Shown piece after piece: positions 41,693-51,906 of a DNA stretch of 64,000 bases. Source of the DNA: an uncultured Acidobacteriota bacterium (lineage in GTDB: Bacteria > Acidobacteriota > Thermoanaerobaculia > Multivoradales > UBA5704). The notes beneath the pieces were generated by a model. The model was not told where the DNA came from, ran no database searches, and saw nothing but the letters and a program-made list of their open reading frames with translations. A program made the translations under genes and the position numbers. Location: contig CAVYRF010000002.1 in the NCBI GenBank assembly GCA_963770895.1, positions 2,112,001-2,176,000 on the forward strand. The letters are read 5' to 3'. Position 1 is the stretch's first letter. Each line of letters begins with the position of its first letter.

Positions 41693-42094
41693 TCAGGGTT
41701 CCGCGGCGCGCTGCGCAGTCCCGAAGTCATGGAACACGCGGAACAGATTGCCGTCCAGATCTGCCGCGGTAAACTCGAACAAGCCCCACTGCTTCGGCTC
41801 CGGTGCGGATATCAATTTGACGCCGCTGGCGCTCCACGCGCGATACAGCTCATCCACGTCAGCGTTGCTCTCCAGATTCAGCCAGACCAGTGCCGGCCCG
41901 GCGTTGCCATATCCCTTGCGGTATTCCTGACTCGCCAGAAAGATCCGGCAGCTGCCCCTTGAAACACCTGCCAGTCCGAGCTCCTCGCCGCCCCAATCGA
42001 GCGTGAAGCCCAGGTTGGTTTGGTAGTAAGCCGCCGCTCGCTTCATGTCTTTGACCGGTATCTCGGGAACGGCGCTCGGAAACTCTGCGTTCAT
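41693..42094 (-). CDS. VOC/glyoxalase (bleomycin-resistance-like) protein
   Basis: AAGGAG RBS; VPEIPVKDM..A..YY..LGF, WGLFEF...DLDGN. Confidence 0.88.
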   Translation of the reverse strand: MNAEFPSAVPEIPVKDMKRAAAYYQTNLGFTLDWGGEELGLAGVSRGSCRIFLASQEYRKGYGNAGPALVWLNLESNADVDELYRAWSASGVKLISAPEPKQWGLFEFTAADLDGNLFRVFHDFGTAQRAAEP

Positions 42095-42096
42095 GG

Positions 42097-43117
42097 TCAC
42101 TCCTTGGTCGCCGGCACGGCAAGGGCGGCGCCGATGGTTGCCGGCTCGACCGGGGGCGCCGCCCTGGCGGAGCGATCGGTCGATGGCGTCCAGCAGGCGC
42201 ACGACGCGCAGGCCGGATGCGCCGTCCGAGATGGGGCGGTTGCCGGTCTTGATGGCGCGCACCAGGTCGGCGACGGCCAGGGCCAGGGGCTCGCACGCGT
42301 CGTTGCAGGGGAGGTCACGGCCGGCGTCGAAGACGCCGGCTCTCCAGGGCGGGGCGTCGAAGATGCGCAGCTTTTCCTGGGACGCGAGGTCGTCCCAGAG
42401 AACGGTGCGGCGGTCGCCTCCCAGGAGGATGCGCCGCTGTTTGAAGGGGGCGACCCAGCTGACGTGGAGGTGGGCCAGCAAGCCCGAGGGGTAGCGCAGG
42501 GTGATGAAGGCCAGGGCGGCGCTGCCGTCCGCCAGGTGGCCGGCGGCATGTGCCGAGATCGCCTCGGGCGACTCCTGCCGCAGCAGGCGGTCGAGCAGCG
42601 CCAGGTCGTGCACCGCGAGGTCCCAGGCCACGTTGACGTCGCTGCGCACCCGCCCCTGCGCGATGCGCGTCGAATCGTAGTAGGTCAGCGCGCCGAGGTC
42701 GCCGCGGTCCACCAGGTCGGCGAGGCGGGAAAACGCCGGCGCGAAGAGGTAGGTATGGTCCACCAGCAGGACCCGGCCGCGCCGGGCGGCTTCCGCGACC
42801 AGGCGCTCGGCGTCTTCGACCCGCGTCGCCAGGGGCTTTTCGACCCACACGTGGAGGCCCGCGGCCAGCGCCCTCCGCGCCAGCGGGAAATGGGAGCCGG
42901 CCGGCGTCGCGACGACGACGGCATCCAGGGTGCCATCGGTCAGGAGGTCCACGTCGCGCGCCACCACGCGCGTTTCTGGATGGTCGCGTGCGGCCAGCGC
43001 GCGCCGGGCGGCATCCGGGTCCCCCACGACCGCCAGGGTCACGGCCGGGTGCGCCCGGAGATTGCGGGCGATGAGGCTCCCCCAAAGGCCGAAGCCCAGC
43101 AGGCCGACGCGGATCAT
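42097..43117 (-). CDS. Gfo/Idh/MocA oxidoreductase (sugar-nucleotide dehydrogenase), probable 1-nt insertion near the C-terminus
   Basis: GFGLWG, HVWVEKP, WDLAVHD; natural end GAPVEP...TKE* lies in the adjacent frame. Confidence 0.85.
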
Positions 43118-43587
43118 CGCGCGTCGCCGGGCGGGTGCAGCCGCGCCGGCACTCCTGCCACGACGGCGCCGGGCGGCACGTCGCGGGTCACCACGGCGCC
43201 GGCGCCCACCAGCGCTCCGGCGCCGATCTCGACTCCGCACAGCACCACCGCGCCGCTGCCCAGCGAGGCGCCGCGGCCCACCCGGGTGGGCGTGAGCTTC
43301 CAGTCGTCAGCGGTCTGCAGGCGCCCGGCGGCCGTGGCGCGCGGATACCGGTCGTTGATGAACAGGACGCCGTGGCCGACGAACACCTCGTCCTCGAGCG
43401 TCACGCCGGAGCATAGGAAGCTGTGCGAGGAGACCTTGCAGCGCCGGCCGACGCGCGCGCCGCGCTGGATCTCGACGAAGGCGCCGATCCGGCTGCCGTC
43501 GCCGATCGTGCAACCATACAGATTCACCAGGCCGGGCTGGGGGATGTCCACCCCCTCGCCCAGGACCACGTCGGCGGCAATCGGCAC
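43114..43587 (-). CDS. Hexapeptide-repeat N-acetyltransferase (WbpD/FdtC-like)
   Basis: NLYGCTIG, SSHSFLC, FINDRYP, GAGAVVTRDVP. Confidence 0.92.
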   Translation of the reverse strand: MPIAADVVLGEGVDIPQPGLVNLYGCTIGDGSRIGAFVEIQRGARVGRRCKVSSHSFLCSGVTLEDEVFVGHGVLFINDRYPRATAAGRLQTADDWKLTPTRVGRGASLGSGAVVLCGVEIGAGALVGAGAVVTRDVPPGAVVAGVPARLHPPGDAR

Positions 43588-43641
43588 CTGGCTCCTCCCC
43601 TCTCCTGCGCCCGTGGCGCATCCGTCGCGTTGCAGCCGGCC

Positions 43642-44385
43642 TCACCCGCGCGCGGCCAGCGAGCGCACGGCGAACCGGACCTTCTTGCCCAGGGTCCAAC
43701 CCGAGCGGCCATGCCGTCGCGGCGCGCGCTCATAGACCACGGTGGCACAGGGCTCAGTCAGCTCCCGATCCAGGCGGCCGAGGGCCGCAAAGACGTCCAC
43801 CGGAGCCGGCTGGCGCGCCGCCAGGGCAGCCGCCACCGACCGGTCGACCAGGACGAACCCGGCGCCCCCGGGCGGCAGGCCCGCGGCGCCGCGCCACCGC
43901 CGCAGAAGGCCGTGATACAGCCGCCCCGGCGCGGCGGTCAGCGCCGCCCGCCGCGCCGCCGGCGAACCGAGCCCGCCGCGCCGCCGTACCGCCCAGACGA
44001 TGCGCGCGCCGCGGCGCCAGGCGTCCACCATCGCGGGACAGCTCTCGGGCGGATCCTGCAGGTCGGCCGCCAGCAGCAGCACGGCCGTGCCGCGCGCCGC
44101 GGCGAAACCGCGCAGGATCGCCGCATGCGAGCCGCCGTTGCGCGCCAGGCGCAGGCCGCGCACGCGGCCGTCCAGCGCCGCCAGCCGCGCCACCGCGGCG
44201 CTCGTGCCGTCCGTCGATCCGTCGTCCACCACGATCCACTCCCAGGTCGCAACCGCCTGGGCCAGCGCCGCCGCCAACCGCTCATGCAGAAGGGGAAGAT
44301 TCGCCTCCTCCTGGAATGCCGGGGTGACGATCGACAGAGCCGGGACGGCGGCGCCGGCCGGCGGCGGCAGCGGCGGTGGCGTCAC
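43642..44385 (-). CDS. Glycosyltransferase family 2
   Basis: SIVTPAFQEE, VDDGSTDGT, RNGGSH, ADLQDPP; lacks C-terminal TM helices. Confidence 0.9.
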   Translation of the reverse strand: MTPPPLPPPAGAAVPALSIVTPAFQEEANLPLLHERLAAALAQAVATWEWIVVDDGSTDGTSAAVARLAALDGRVRGLRLARNGGSHAAILRGFAAARGTAVLLLAADLQDPPESCPAMVDAWRRGARIVWAVRRRGGLGSPAARRAALTAAPGRLYHGLLRRWRGAAGLPPGGAGFVLVDRSVAAALAARQPAPVDVFAALGRLDRELTEPCATVVYERAPRRHGRSGWTLGKKVRFAVRSLAARG

Positions 44386-45632
44386 CGGCAGGCCTCCTCG
44401 AGCGCCGCGACGACGCGCGCCGGATCACCGTCATCCATCTCGGGGTAGAGCGGCAGCAGGATCGAATGGTCCTGCAGCTCCTCGCTGACCCGCAGGTGCG
44501 GGCACCCGCCCGCCGCGCAATCGTCGCCGCCGGCGCCGCCAGGGCCGCCAGCGTCGCCGGCGCCGCAGCGCCAGGTGCCGGGGGGGAACGCCGGCTCGCG
44601 GTGGGCGCACATCACGCCGCGCCGGGTGGCGATCCCGGCGTCGAGGAGACGCTGCATCACGCGCCGCGGATCGAGGTGCGGGGCAAGCCTCACCGCGTAG
44701 CTCTGCCAGTTGCTGCGCGCCCAGGCGGGTTCATGCGGCGGCGCGACGTCGTTCCTCCCGGCGAGCAGCTGGTGGTATCGCGCCGCCAGGTGGCGCCGGC
44801 GCGCGACCAGCGCCGGCAGCCGTTGCAGCTGGGCGCGCCCCACCGCCGCCTGGAGGTCGCTCATCCGGTAGTTGTAGCCGAGGTCGAGGTACGACTCGAT
44901 CTCGACCCGCGCCGAGGCGTGCCGCGCTTCGGCCGGCAGGCTCATGCCGTGCTGGCGCCAGCGCCGCACCTGCCGGTCGAGCGCGGCGTCGGCGGTGGTC
45001 AACATGCCGCCCTCGCCGGTGGTCAACACCTTGCGTCCGTGGAACGAAAAGCACGCCACGTCGCCGTGCGGGCGCCCGATCGGCTGCCAATCCTGGCCGG
45101 CATCCGAGTCCGCGCCTGAGCCGCGGATGGCACTGCCGATGGCGCAGGCCGCATCCTCGACCAGGGCCAGTCCGTGCCGGTCGGCGAGCCGGCGCAGCGC
45201 CGCCACGTCGCAGGGCATGCCCAGCTGGTGCACGCACAGGATGGCGCGCGTCGCCGCGCCGATCGCCGCCGCCGCCTGACCCGCGTCGATATTGCCGGTC
45301 CGCGGCTCGACGTCGACGAACACCGGCACGGCGCCGCAATAGCGGATGGATGCCGCGCTGGCGACGAACGACGAGCTGACCGTGACCACCTGGTCGCCCG
45401 GCTTTACGCCGACCGCACGCAGCGCCAGGTGCAGCGCCGCCGTGCCGCTCGCAACCGCGCAGGCGTGCGGCGCGCCCACCGCGGCAGCCATCTCGCGCTC
45501 GAATGCCGCCACCTCGGCGCCCTGGCTCACCCAGCCGGAGCGCAGCACGCGGCTCACCGCCGCCTCCTCGGCGGCGCCCAGGACCGGCCGCGCGAGGGGC
45601 AGCCGTCGCGCGATGTCCGGCTCGGTCGCCAT
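44382..45632 (-). CDS. DegT/DnrJ/EryC1/StrS aminotransferase
   Basis: SGTAALHLAL, VEDAACA, SFHGRKVLTTGEGG, GYNYRMSD. Confidence 0.93.
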   Translation of the reverse strand: MATEPDIARRLPLARPVLGAAEEAAVSRVLRSGWVSQGAEVAAFEREMAAAVGAPHACAVASGTAALHLALRAVGVKPGDQVVTVSSSFVASAASIRYCGAVPVFVDVEPRTGNIDAGQAAAAIGAATRAILCVHQLGMPCDVAALRRLADRHGLALVEDAACAIGSAIRGSGADSDAGQDWQPIGRPHGDVACFSFHGRKVLTTGEGGMLTTADAALDRQVRRWRQHGMSLPAEARHASARVEIESYLDLGYNYRMSDLQAAVGRAQLQRLPALVARRRHLAARYHQLLAGRNDVAPPHEPAWARSNWQSYAVRLAPHLDPRRVMQRLLDAGIATRRGVMCAHREPAFPPGTWRCGAGDAGGPGGAGGDDCAAGGCPHLRVSEELQDHSILLPLYPEMDDGDPARVVAALEEACR

Positions 45633-45728
45633 TGGACCTATCCTATGGGTCCAGGGCGGAAAAATCGACGGCGGCCAGCCGGTGGCCGGCGGTCGCGGCT
45701 CGCCGGACATCGGGCTATCCTGGTCTTC

Positions 45729-46439
45729 ATGTCGCCCTCCGATCCCAGCTCCTCCGGCCGCGTCGTGCCGGCGTTTTTCGCCCACCGCGCCATCGAACCC
45801 GACGCGCCCTTCGAGACGGCGCTTGCCGCCCATCTGCGCAGCAGCAGCACCGCCGCCGAGATCGAGGCCTTCTTCGACCAGTTCACCGCCGCGCACGGCG
45901 ACCTGGCTGCGCGCCTGCGGCGGACGGCCCTGCGCGCCCTGCTGGGCCGCCTCGGCGACGGCGCCCAGGTCGGGCTCGGCGTCACCGTCCGGCACCCCGA
46001 AACGTTCACCGTCGGCGCCGGCGTCTTCGTCGGCGATCGCGCCGTCCTCCAGGGGCGGCACGACGGCCGCTGCGTGATCGGCGACCGCACGTGGATCGGC
46101 CCGCAGGCCTTCCTGGACGCGCGCGACCTCGAGATCGGCGACCTGGTGGGCATCGGCCCCGGCGTGCGCATCGTCGGCTCGCGTCACAGCGGCGAGCCCG
46201 CCGCCCAGGCGGTCATCGCAACCGACTTGGAAATCCTGCCGGTGCGCATCGAAAGCGGCGCCGACCTCGGCGCCGGCGCCGTCGTCCTGCCCGGCGTGAC
46301 CATCGGCCGCGGTGCCGTCGTCGGCGCCGGTGCCGTCGTCACCCGCGACGTCCCGCCGCTCGCCGTCGTCGCCGGCGTTCCGGCGCGCCCGCTCCGGCGC
46401 CGCGGCGCGCGCACCGCCCGGCAGGCCGCCGCGGACTGA
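45729..46439 (+). CDS. Hexapeptide-repeat acyltransferase
   Basis: Left-handed beta-helix repeats, VLPGVTIGRGAVVGAGAVVTRDVP. Confidence 0.88.
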   Translation: MSPSDPSSSGRVVPAFFAHRAIEPDAPFETALAAHLRSSSTAAEIEAFFDQFTAAHGDLAARLRRTALRALLGRLGDGAQVGLGVTVRHPETFTVGAGVFVGDRAVLQGRHDGRCVIGDRTWIGPQAFLDARDLEIGDLVGIGPGVRIVGSRHSGEPAAQAVIATDLEILPVRIESGADLGAGAVVLPGVTIGRGAVVGAGAVVTRDVPPLAVVAGVPARPLRRRGARTARQAAAD

Positions 46440-46452
46440 CCGATGGGTGTGG

Positions 46453-47364
46453 TCAGTGCGCGGCCAGCGCGGCGAGCGCCGCCTCGATGCGCGCCGCGTC
46501 GCCCCGGCGGCCGGCGGCACGGTCGGCGAGCAGCGCCTGCGCCTGGCGATCGCGCTGGCTCGCCGCACGTCCCGTAAGACCCTGTTGCAGCAGCGATCCG
46601 GCGCGTGCATAGTCGCGCCGCGCGATGGCGCTCCAGGCGTCGCGATACGCTTCCCGGATCTGGAGGGCGGCCGGCGCGATCTGCCGCCGCAGCGGCCCCT
46701 CGGCCTGCTCCAGGACCGGCCATGCCGCCGCCAGGTCGCCCGCGGCGGTGGCGAAATCGAAGACCCGCAGCGCGGTGACGCCGTTGTGCAGGTGCGCCAG
46801 CCCGCCGTGCGGCGGCGGATCGGCCGCTTCCCCGGGCCGCTCGTCGCCGCGCCGCACGAACACCGCCGCGGTCGGGCCGTAGAAGATCGCGCGCCAGTCG
46901 GGCGAATCCAGGAAATTGCGCTCGCAGGCGGCCTGGCGGTGCTCGATCACCGCCAGCCGCGCCGGATAGCGGGTCTGGAAGTCGTCGAAGATGCCGCCGT
47001 AGGTGAAACGGGCCTGGTCCTGGAACCACGCACGCCACACGGCATCGAGAGCCAGCTCGCTCGCCCAGGAGCAGTAGATCGCCGTCCGCGAGGTCGGCGT
47101 CCACGAGTAGATCGTCGGATCGGGCACCAACGACCCGGTATCCCGGATCTGCTGCGCGTAGGCCAGGTGGAAGAACAGGTCCCCGTCGAGAACCGGGCCG
47201 GCGTAGCGCACCACGACCACCGCCGCCAGGCACCCCGCCAGCGCCGCCGTCACCAGCAACAGCGGCAGCGGAGCGCGGCCGCCGATGAGCCGCCCGCTCA
47301 GCCGTTGGAGGTTGGCGGCCGGCTGCGGCTTGGCGAGCTGCGGCGGGGGGTCCTCGATCGACAA
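46453..47364 (-). pseudogene. Membrane glycosyltransferase-like protein, apparently internally deleted
   Basis: N-terminal DGDLFFHLAY...WASE joins directly to C-terminal W...Y..TAAVFVR with only one TM helix. Confidence 0.55.
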
Positions 47365-47395
47365 GGCGTGCGCGTCGCGCGTCGCGCGCCGGGTG

Positions 47396-47827
47396 TCAGG
47401 GCTGGCGGGCGACCGCCGGCGCGCCGGCGGCCAGCCGCCGCAACGCCAGGGCGCCGAGCAGCACCGCCAGCGCACCCAGGCCCCACAGCGACAGGGTCGG
47501 GACCAGCACCGCGGCGGGCGTGATCGTGTCGACCTCGGTCAGGGTCACCTCGTCGCCATTCGGGACGGTGCACGATAGCGCCTTTTGCGCGCCGTAGCAG
47601 ATGGGGGCGGGGCCGATGATCGTCTGCACGGAGACGGTCGTCTGCGCCGTTGGCCCGGTGCAGGTCACTGTGGTTTCGAGCTGGATGTTCGCCGGCCCCT
47701 GGCTGCACGATTGGCCGCTCGGCACGCACGGTGGCGGCGTGTACACCTGGCAAGGGTTGGTGGTGGGCGTACAGGTCTGGGCGCGCGCCAGGGTGCCGCC
47801 GGCCGCGAGCGCCAGCATCGCCGCCAC
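47396..47827 (-). CDS. IPTL-CTERM sorted, Cys/Thr-rich surface protein
   Basis: Signal peptide; VPTLSLWGLGALAVLLGALALRRL tail. Confidence 0.85.
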   Translation of the reverse strand: MAAMLALAAGGTLARAQTCTPTTNPCQVYTPPPCVPSGQSCSQGPANIQLETTVTCTGPTAQTTVSVQTIIGPAPICYGAQKALSCTVPNGDEVTLTEVDTITPAAVLVPTLSLWGLGALAVLLGALALRRLAAGAPAVARQP

Positions 47828-48011
47828 TGCCAGGGCTCGCCCCAGAGGCAGGCGGCCGGCGGATCGCGCAGCGGCGGATTGCTTGGTTCCCTTCGCGCGG
47901 TCGGCGCCGGAGCGCAGGATACGCCGCCGAAATGCATGCTACCGTCCGGAATCTTGCCTCGTTCCCGTGTGGCGCGAGCATCCGCTAGGCGCGGAACGGG
48001 CTGGAGGGACT

Positions 48012-49031
48012 GTGGTGCACGGCACGATCGCACGGCCCATCCTGGTGACCGGCGGCGCCGGCTTCATCGGCTCCGAGCTGGTGCGCCAGCTGGCGGCCGC
48101 CGGTGACAGCGTCATCGTGCTCGACAACCTGAGCAACGGCAGCGCCAGCCGCCTGGAGGGCCTGCCCGCCGAGCGCGTCCGCCTGGTGGTGGGCGACGTG
48201 CGCGACACGCAGAGTGTCGCCGCGCTCCTGGCCGAGGCCGGCACCGTCTATCACCTGGCCTGCCTTGGGTTGCGCCACTCCCTCCATTCGCCGCAGGAGA
48301 ACCACGAGGTCAACGCCACCGCGACGCTCGCCCTGCTGGAGCTGGCGCGGCGGGCAGGCGTCGCGCGGTTCGTGCACGTGTCCAGCTCCGAGGTCTACGG
48401 ATCGGCCCGCGACGTGCCGATGTCCGAGGACCACCCGACGCGGCCCACCACCGTCTACGGCGCCGCCAAGCTGGCCGGCGAGAGCTACGCCCGCGCCTGC
48501 GGCGCGACGCACGGCCTGCCGGTCGTCGTGGTGCGCCCGTTCAACAGCTTCGGGGTGCACGGCCATCACGAGGGCGACAGCGGCGAGGCCATTCCGCGCT
48601 TCCTTCTGCGCGCGATGGCGGGGCGCCCGCTGACGGTCTTCGGCGACGGCACCCAGACCCGCGACTTCACCTACGTCACCGACACGGCGCGCGGCATCCG
48701 CCTGGCGGGAAGCGCCGCCGCCGCGGTCGGGCGCACGATCAACCTGGGCAGCGGCCGCGAAACCGCCATCGGCGATCTGGCCCGCCGCATCGCCGCGCGC
48801 TACGCCCCTCCCGGCACCCCGGCAGCAGTGGTGCGCCACGACCTCACCCGCCCCGGCGACGTGCAGCGCCAATGCGCCGGCATCGGCCTCGCAGCCAGCC
48901 TGCTCGGCTACCAGCCTGCAGTGACCATGGAGGAGGGACTCGACCGCCTCCACGCCTGGTATCGGGCGCAAGGCCTGGCCGCCGACCGCCTGCTGCAGGA
49001 CCAGGCCGGCGAGATCAACTGGATCTCCTAA
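48012..49031 (+). CDS. NAD-dependent epimerase/dehydratase
   Basis: VTGGAGFIGS, SSSEVYG, YGAAK, GDGTQTRDFTYV; GGAGG RBS. Confidence 0.93.
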   Translation: MVHGTIARPILVTGGAGFIGSELVRQLAAAGDSVIVLDNLSNGSASRLEGLPAERVRLVVGDVRDTQSVAALLAEAGTVYHLACLGLRHSLHSPQENHEVNATATLALLELARRAGVARFVHVSSSEVYGSARDVPMSEDHPTRPTTVYGAAKLAGESYARACGATHGLPVVVVRPFNSFGVHGHHEGDSGEAIPRFLLRAMAGRPLTVFGDGTQTRDFTYVTDTARGIRLAGSAAAAVGRTINLGSGRETAIGDLARRIAARYAPPGTPAAVVRHDLTRPGDVQRQCAGIGLAASLLGYQPAVTMEEGLDRLHAWYRAQGLAADRLLQDQAGEINWIS

Positions 49032-49136
49032 CCCGCCGGTTCTCGTTGAGGTCGCGCTAGTCTGGGTTTCCGGCCAGACCTTCGCGGATGGCGGAGGCGT
49101 AGGCGGCGACGTTGTCGTTGATCCGCCGCGGCGATG

Positions 49137-49316
49137 CTATTTGAACACGCCGGCGAAGACGAGCAGCAGGACCAGCACCAGAATGCCGAGGCAGATGCGG
49201 GCGGCGGTCATGAGGTGGGTGCGGCCAGCCGGGCGGCCGCCTTTGACCTTGACGCCGGATAGGGCCACCAGGCCGATGGCCACGACGACGAATCCGAGAA
49301 TGACGATCCAACTCAT
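49137..49316 (-). CDS. Small two-TM membrane protein, 59 aa
   Basis: AAGGAG RBS; MSWIVILGFVVVAIGLVALSG...ICLGILVLVLLLVFAGVFK. Confidence 0.72.
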   Translation of the reverse strand: MSWIVILGFVVVAIGLVALSGVKVKGGRPAGRTHLMTAARICLGILVLVLLLVFAGVFK

Positions 49317-49558
49317 GGCTCTCTCCTTGACCGCTCGTTTTTAAGCCCCTGTCGATATCGGAGCTCTTGCAATCTTGGGACCCGGCTGAAGCGCAGGACT
49401 TCGGCGACCCCGCGACAGCCGTTCTGGCGACCGGCTTGGCCGGGAGCCCGGCGGCGCGGCCGCGTGCCTCCCGATATTTGCCTGACGATAGATGTGTTGG
49501 GTATTCTTGATCCAGTGTCGCAGCGTTTCATCACCGTTACGATTATGAGGAGATCGCT

Positions 49559-50059
49559 ATGCATCGTACCTGGAACGGAGCAATTACGGTTGCGGCGGCG
49601 GCTCTCGCCGGCGCGCTCTCTCTATCCCCCGGAGCCGCGGCGCAGGTCGGCGGCGTCGGCGGCATGTCGCACGGCGGCCTCGACTCAGGCCGCAGCATGA
49701 ACCAGATCAAGGACCCGGCGCAGCAGGCGGCCGACGCCTACTCGCGCGGCGCCAAGTACATGCGCAAGGCGGAAAAGGAGAAGGACGCCAAGGACAAGGC
49801 GAAGCTCTACCAGAAGGCGAAGGACGAGCTCACCAAGTCGGTCGGCTATCAGCAGACCTACGATGCGCTGCTGGCGCTCGGCCAGGTAAGCCTGGCGCTC
49901 GACGACCGGTCGTCGGCCGCCACCTACTGTGCGCAGGCCGGCTCGCTCAAGCCCTCCGACGCGGCGGCTCAAGCGTGCGTGCAGACCGCGTCAGCGCCGG
50001 CGGCCGCGACCACCACCGCGACGGCGGCGCCGCCGCCGGCACCACCGCCCCTCCGATAG
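49559..50059 (+). CDS. Secreted TPR-like protein
   Basis: GAGGAG RBS, signal peptide, helical TPR-like segments. Confidence 0.8.
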   Translation: MHRTWNGAITVAAAALAGALSLSPGAAAQVGGVGGMSHGGLDSGRSMNQIKDPAQQAADAYSRGAKYMRKAEKEKDAKDKAKLYQKAKDELTKSVGYQQTYDALLALGQVSLALDDRSSAATYCAQAGSLKPSDAAAQACVQTASAPAAATTTATAAPPPAPPPLR

Positions 50060-50070
50060 GATTGCCGGGC

Positions 50071-50122
50071 GCCCCCCGGGCCCCGATCGCGAGCGCGCCG
50101 CCAGGCGCGTCGCGGTCGGGGC
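50071..50122 (+). repeat. REP-like hairpin, copy 1
   Basis: GCCCCGATCGCGAGCGCGCC-GCCA-GGCGCGTCGCGGTCGGGGC. Confidence 0.8.
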
Positions 50123-50133
50123 CTCTTGCCCCC

Positions 50134-50664
50134 ATGATCCTCCCCGGTTTTCTGATCACCCTGCTCACCTTGCCGGGTGTCGTGGTCCACGAGCTGGCCC
50201 ACCAGCTGTTCTGCCGCTGGACCGGCACCCGCGTCCTGCGCGTCTGCTATTTCCGCCTTGGCAACCCCGCCGGCTACGTCATCCACGAGCGCCCGACAAG
50301 CGTCTGGAAAAGCATCCTGATCGGCGTCGGTCCGCTCTTTATCAACACCGCGGGCGGCCTCGCCATCGCGCTCGTGGCCATCGCCCTGCACCGCTCCCGG
50401 CACCCCAATCCGTGGCTCTTCGCCGCCCTGATCTGGCTGGCCATCGCGGTGGCCATGCACTCCTTCCCCAGCACCGGCGACGCCAGGGCCATCTGGAGCG
50501 CCCTCTGGGCCAGGGATGCGCCGCTGACCGCCCGGCTTTTCGGCACCCCGCTTGTCGGCCTGATCTACCTGGGCGCGTTCGCCTCGATCTTCTGGCTCGA
50601 CCTGGCCTACGGCCTGGGAGTCGCCATCGGCATCCCCTACCTGCTCCACATCCTGCCCCGGTAG
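50134..50664 (+). CDS. Membrane metalloprotease-like protein (HExxH)
   Basis: PGVVVHELAH, AMHSFPSTGDA, several TMs. Confidence 0.85.
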   Translation: MILPGFLITLLTLPGVVVHELAHQLFCRWTGTRVLRVCYFRLGNPAGYVIHERPTSVWKSILIGVGPLFINTAGGLAIALVAIALHRSRHPNPWLFAALIWLAIAVAMHSFPSTGDARAIWSALWARDAPLTARLFGTPLVGLIYLGAFASIFWLDLAYGLGVAIGIPYLLHILPR

Positions 50665-50709
50665 GCTCCCAATCGGCCCTGGCGTGCCCGGCAGTCTATG
50701 GCGCTTCGC

Positions 50710-51357
50710 CTACTTGCGCAGCAGTTTGAAGGCGTGGTTGCGGGAGCCGGTGAGGATGCTCTCGAGCACCCAGACGACGCACATCGGCTCGAGCAGGCGG
50801 GCGCTCTCGATACCGCCGAGATCGACCACGCTCGGCCAGCCGAGCTGGCCGCAGATCTCGGTGACGGTGCGCTTCGCCCCTGCGTCGTTGCCGCAGAGGA
50901 ACATGTCCGGCGGGCCGCCGGGGAAATCGGGGTTGACCATATGGTCGACGCCGACGGCATTGAACGCCTTGACGACGTGCGATCCCGGCAGCCAGCGCTG
51001 CACCTGTTCGCCGGCCGAATCGGTGTGACCGAGCGCCAGGCCCGGTGGCTTGCCGGGCGCGAAGACCAGCGGGTTCATCACGTCGATCACCACCTTGCCG
51101 TCGAGGTTCTCGACCCCGGCGAGGTCGATAGCGCTCTGCGCGCCGTTCCAGGAGGCCGCGAGAAGCGCCAAATCGGCGAACTCCGCGGCCGCCGCGAACG
51201 TGCCGGCCGACGCCCGGGCGCCGCCCTTTTTGACCCACTCCTGCACTTCAGGCTTCTGCGGCTCGCGCGTACCAAGTTTCACCTCGTGCCCGGCGGCGAG
51301 GAACCCGCCGGCGAGCGTCTGCCCGACATTGCCCGAACCCAGGACGCCAATCTTCAT
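50710..51357 (-). CDS. F420-dependent NADP oxidoreductase family (dinucleotide-binding) protein
   Basis: GSGNVG, IDVMNPL, VVKAFN. Confidence 0.92.
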   Translation of the reverse strand: MKIGVLGSGNVGQTLAGGFLAAGHEVKLGTREPQKPEVQEWVKKGGARASAGTFAAAAEFADLALLAASWNGAQSAIDLAGVENLDGKVVIDVMNPLVFAPGKPPGLALGHTDSAGEQVQRWLPGSHVVKAFNAVGVDHMVNPDFPGGPPDMFLCGNDAGAKRTVTEICGQLGWPSVVDLGGIESARLLEPMCVVWVLESILTGSRNHAFKLLRK

Positions 51358-51507
51358 CGTCAGCTCCTTCAGAGGTCAAAGCGGTCCCGGCGGCGGGCGC
51401 ACCAGCGAACCCGCGCCCCAGGACAGACCGCCAGCCCATCATGGCATAGCGGCAGCCAGCCCCACGGCTGGTCGAATTCCGCGCGCTAAGCGGAGGGGCG
51501 CGTCGCT

Positions 51508-51906
51508 TCAGCAGGTGCTGTCGGGGCAGCCGAAGGTGGCGTAGCCCGAGACCTCGTAACCACCAGTCGACAATGGGTGGCAGGCGACGGTCGTGAAGAT
51601 GGTGACGTGGCACGCCAAGTTGCCGCAGTCCGACGAAGCAAAGGAGTGGAGCTGCTGGCTCAGGTCAGTGCTGGCGGTCGCGCAGGTGTCTCCGGCGGCG
51701 GGCACCGTCGGCGTCGTTCCGCCGCCTGCCATGTCGCAATAGGCACCGCACTTGGGCGCCACCGTCGCGGCGAGGGACGCAGCAAGGAAGAACTCCTTTA
51801 GCGAGTCTTGCTGGAAGCAGGCTCGAACCGGCTCGGCCGAAGCGGTGAAGATGGGAGCCAAACCGATGATGGCGGCGAGCGGCAGCAGCAGGCGAAGCTT
51901 AGACAT
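51508..51906 (-). CDS. Secreted Cys-rich protein, 132 aa
   Basis: GGAGG RBS before ATG 51906; signal peptide ending ASA-EP; 9 Cys. Confidence 0.78.
   Translation of the reverse strand: MSKLRLLLPLAAIIGLAPIFTASAEPVRACFQQDSLKEFFLAASLAATVAPKCGAYCDMAGGGTTPTVPAAGDTCATASTDLSQQLHSFASSDCGNLACHVTIFTTVACHPLSTGGYEVSGYATFGCPDSTC

Noticed and set aside
41693-43240. Apparent 515-aa Gfo/Idh/MocA-VOC fusion
   Set aside because: Removing one G from the G5 run at 42152-42156 restores a natural C-terminus (GAPVEP...TKE*) with AAGGAG-TGA-CC-ATG coupling to a separate VOC gene; likely a homopolymer error.
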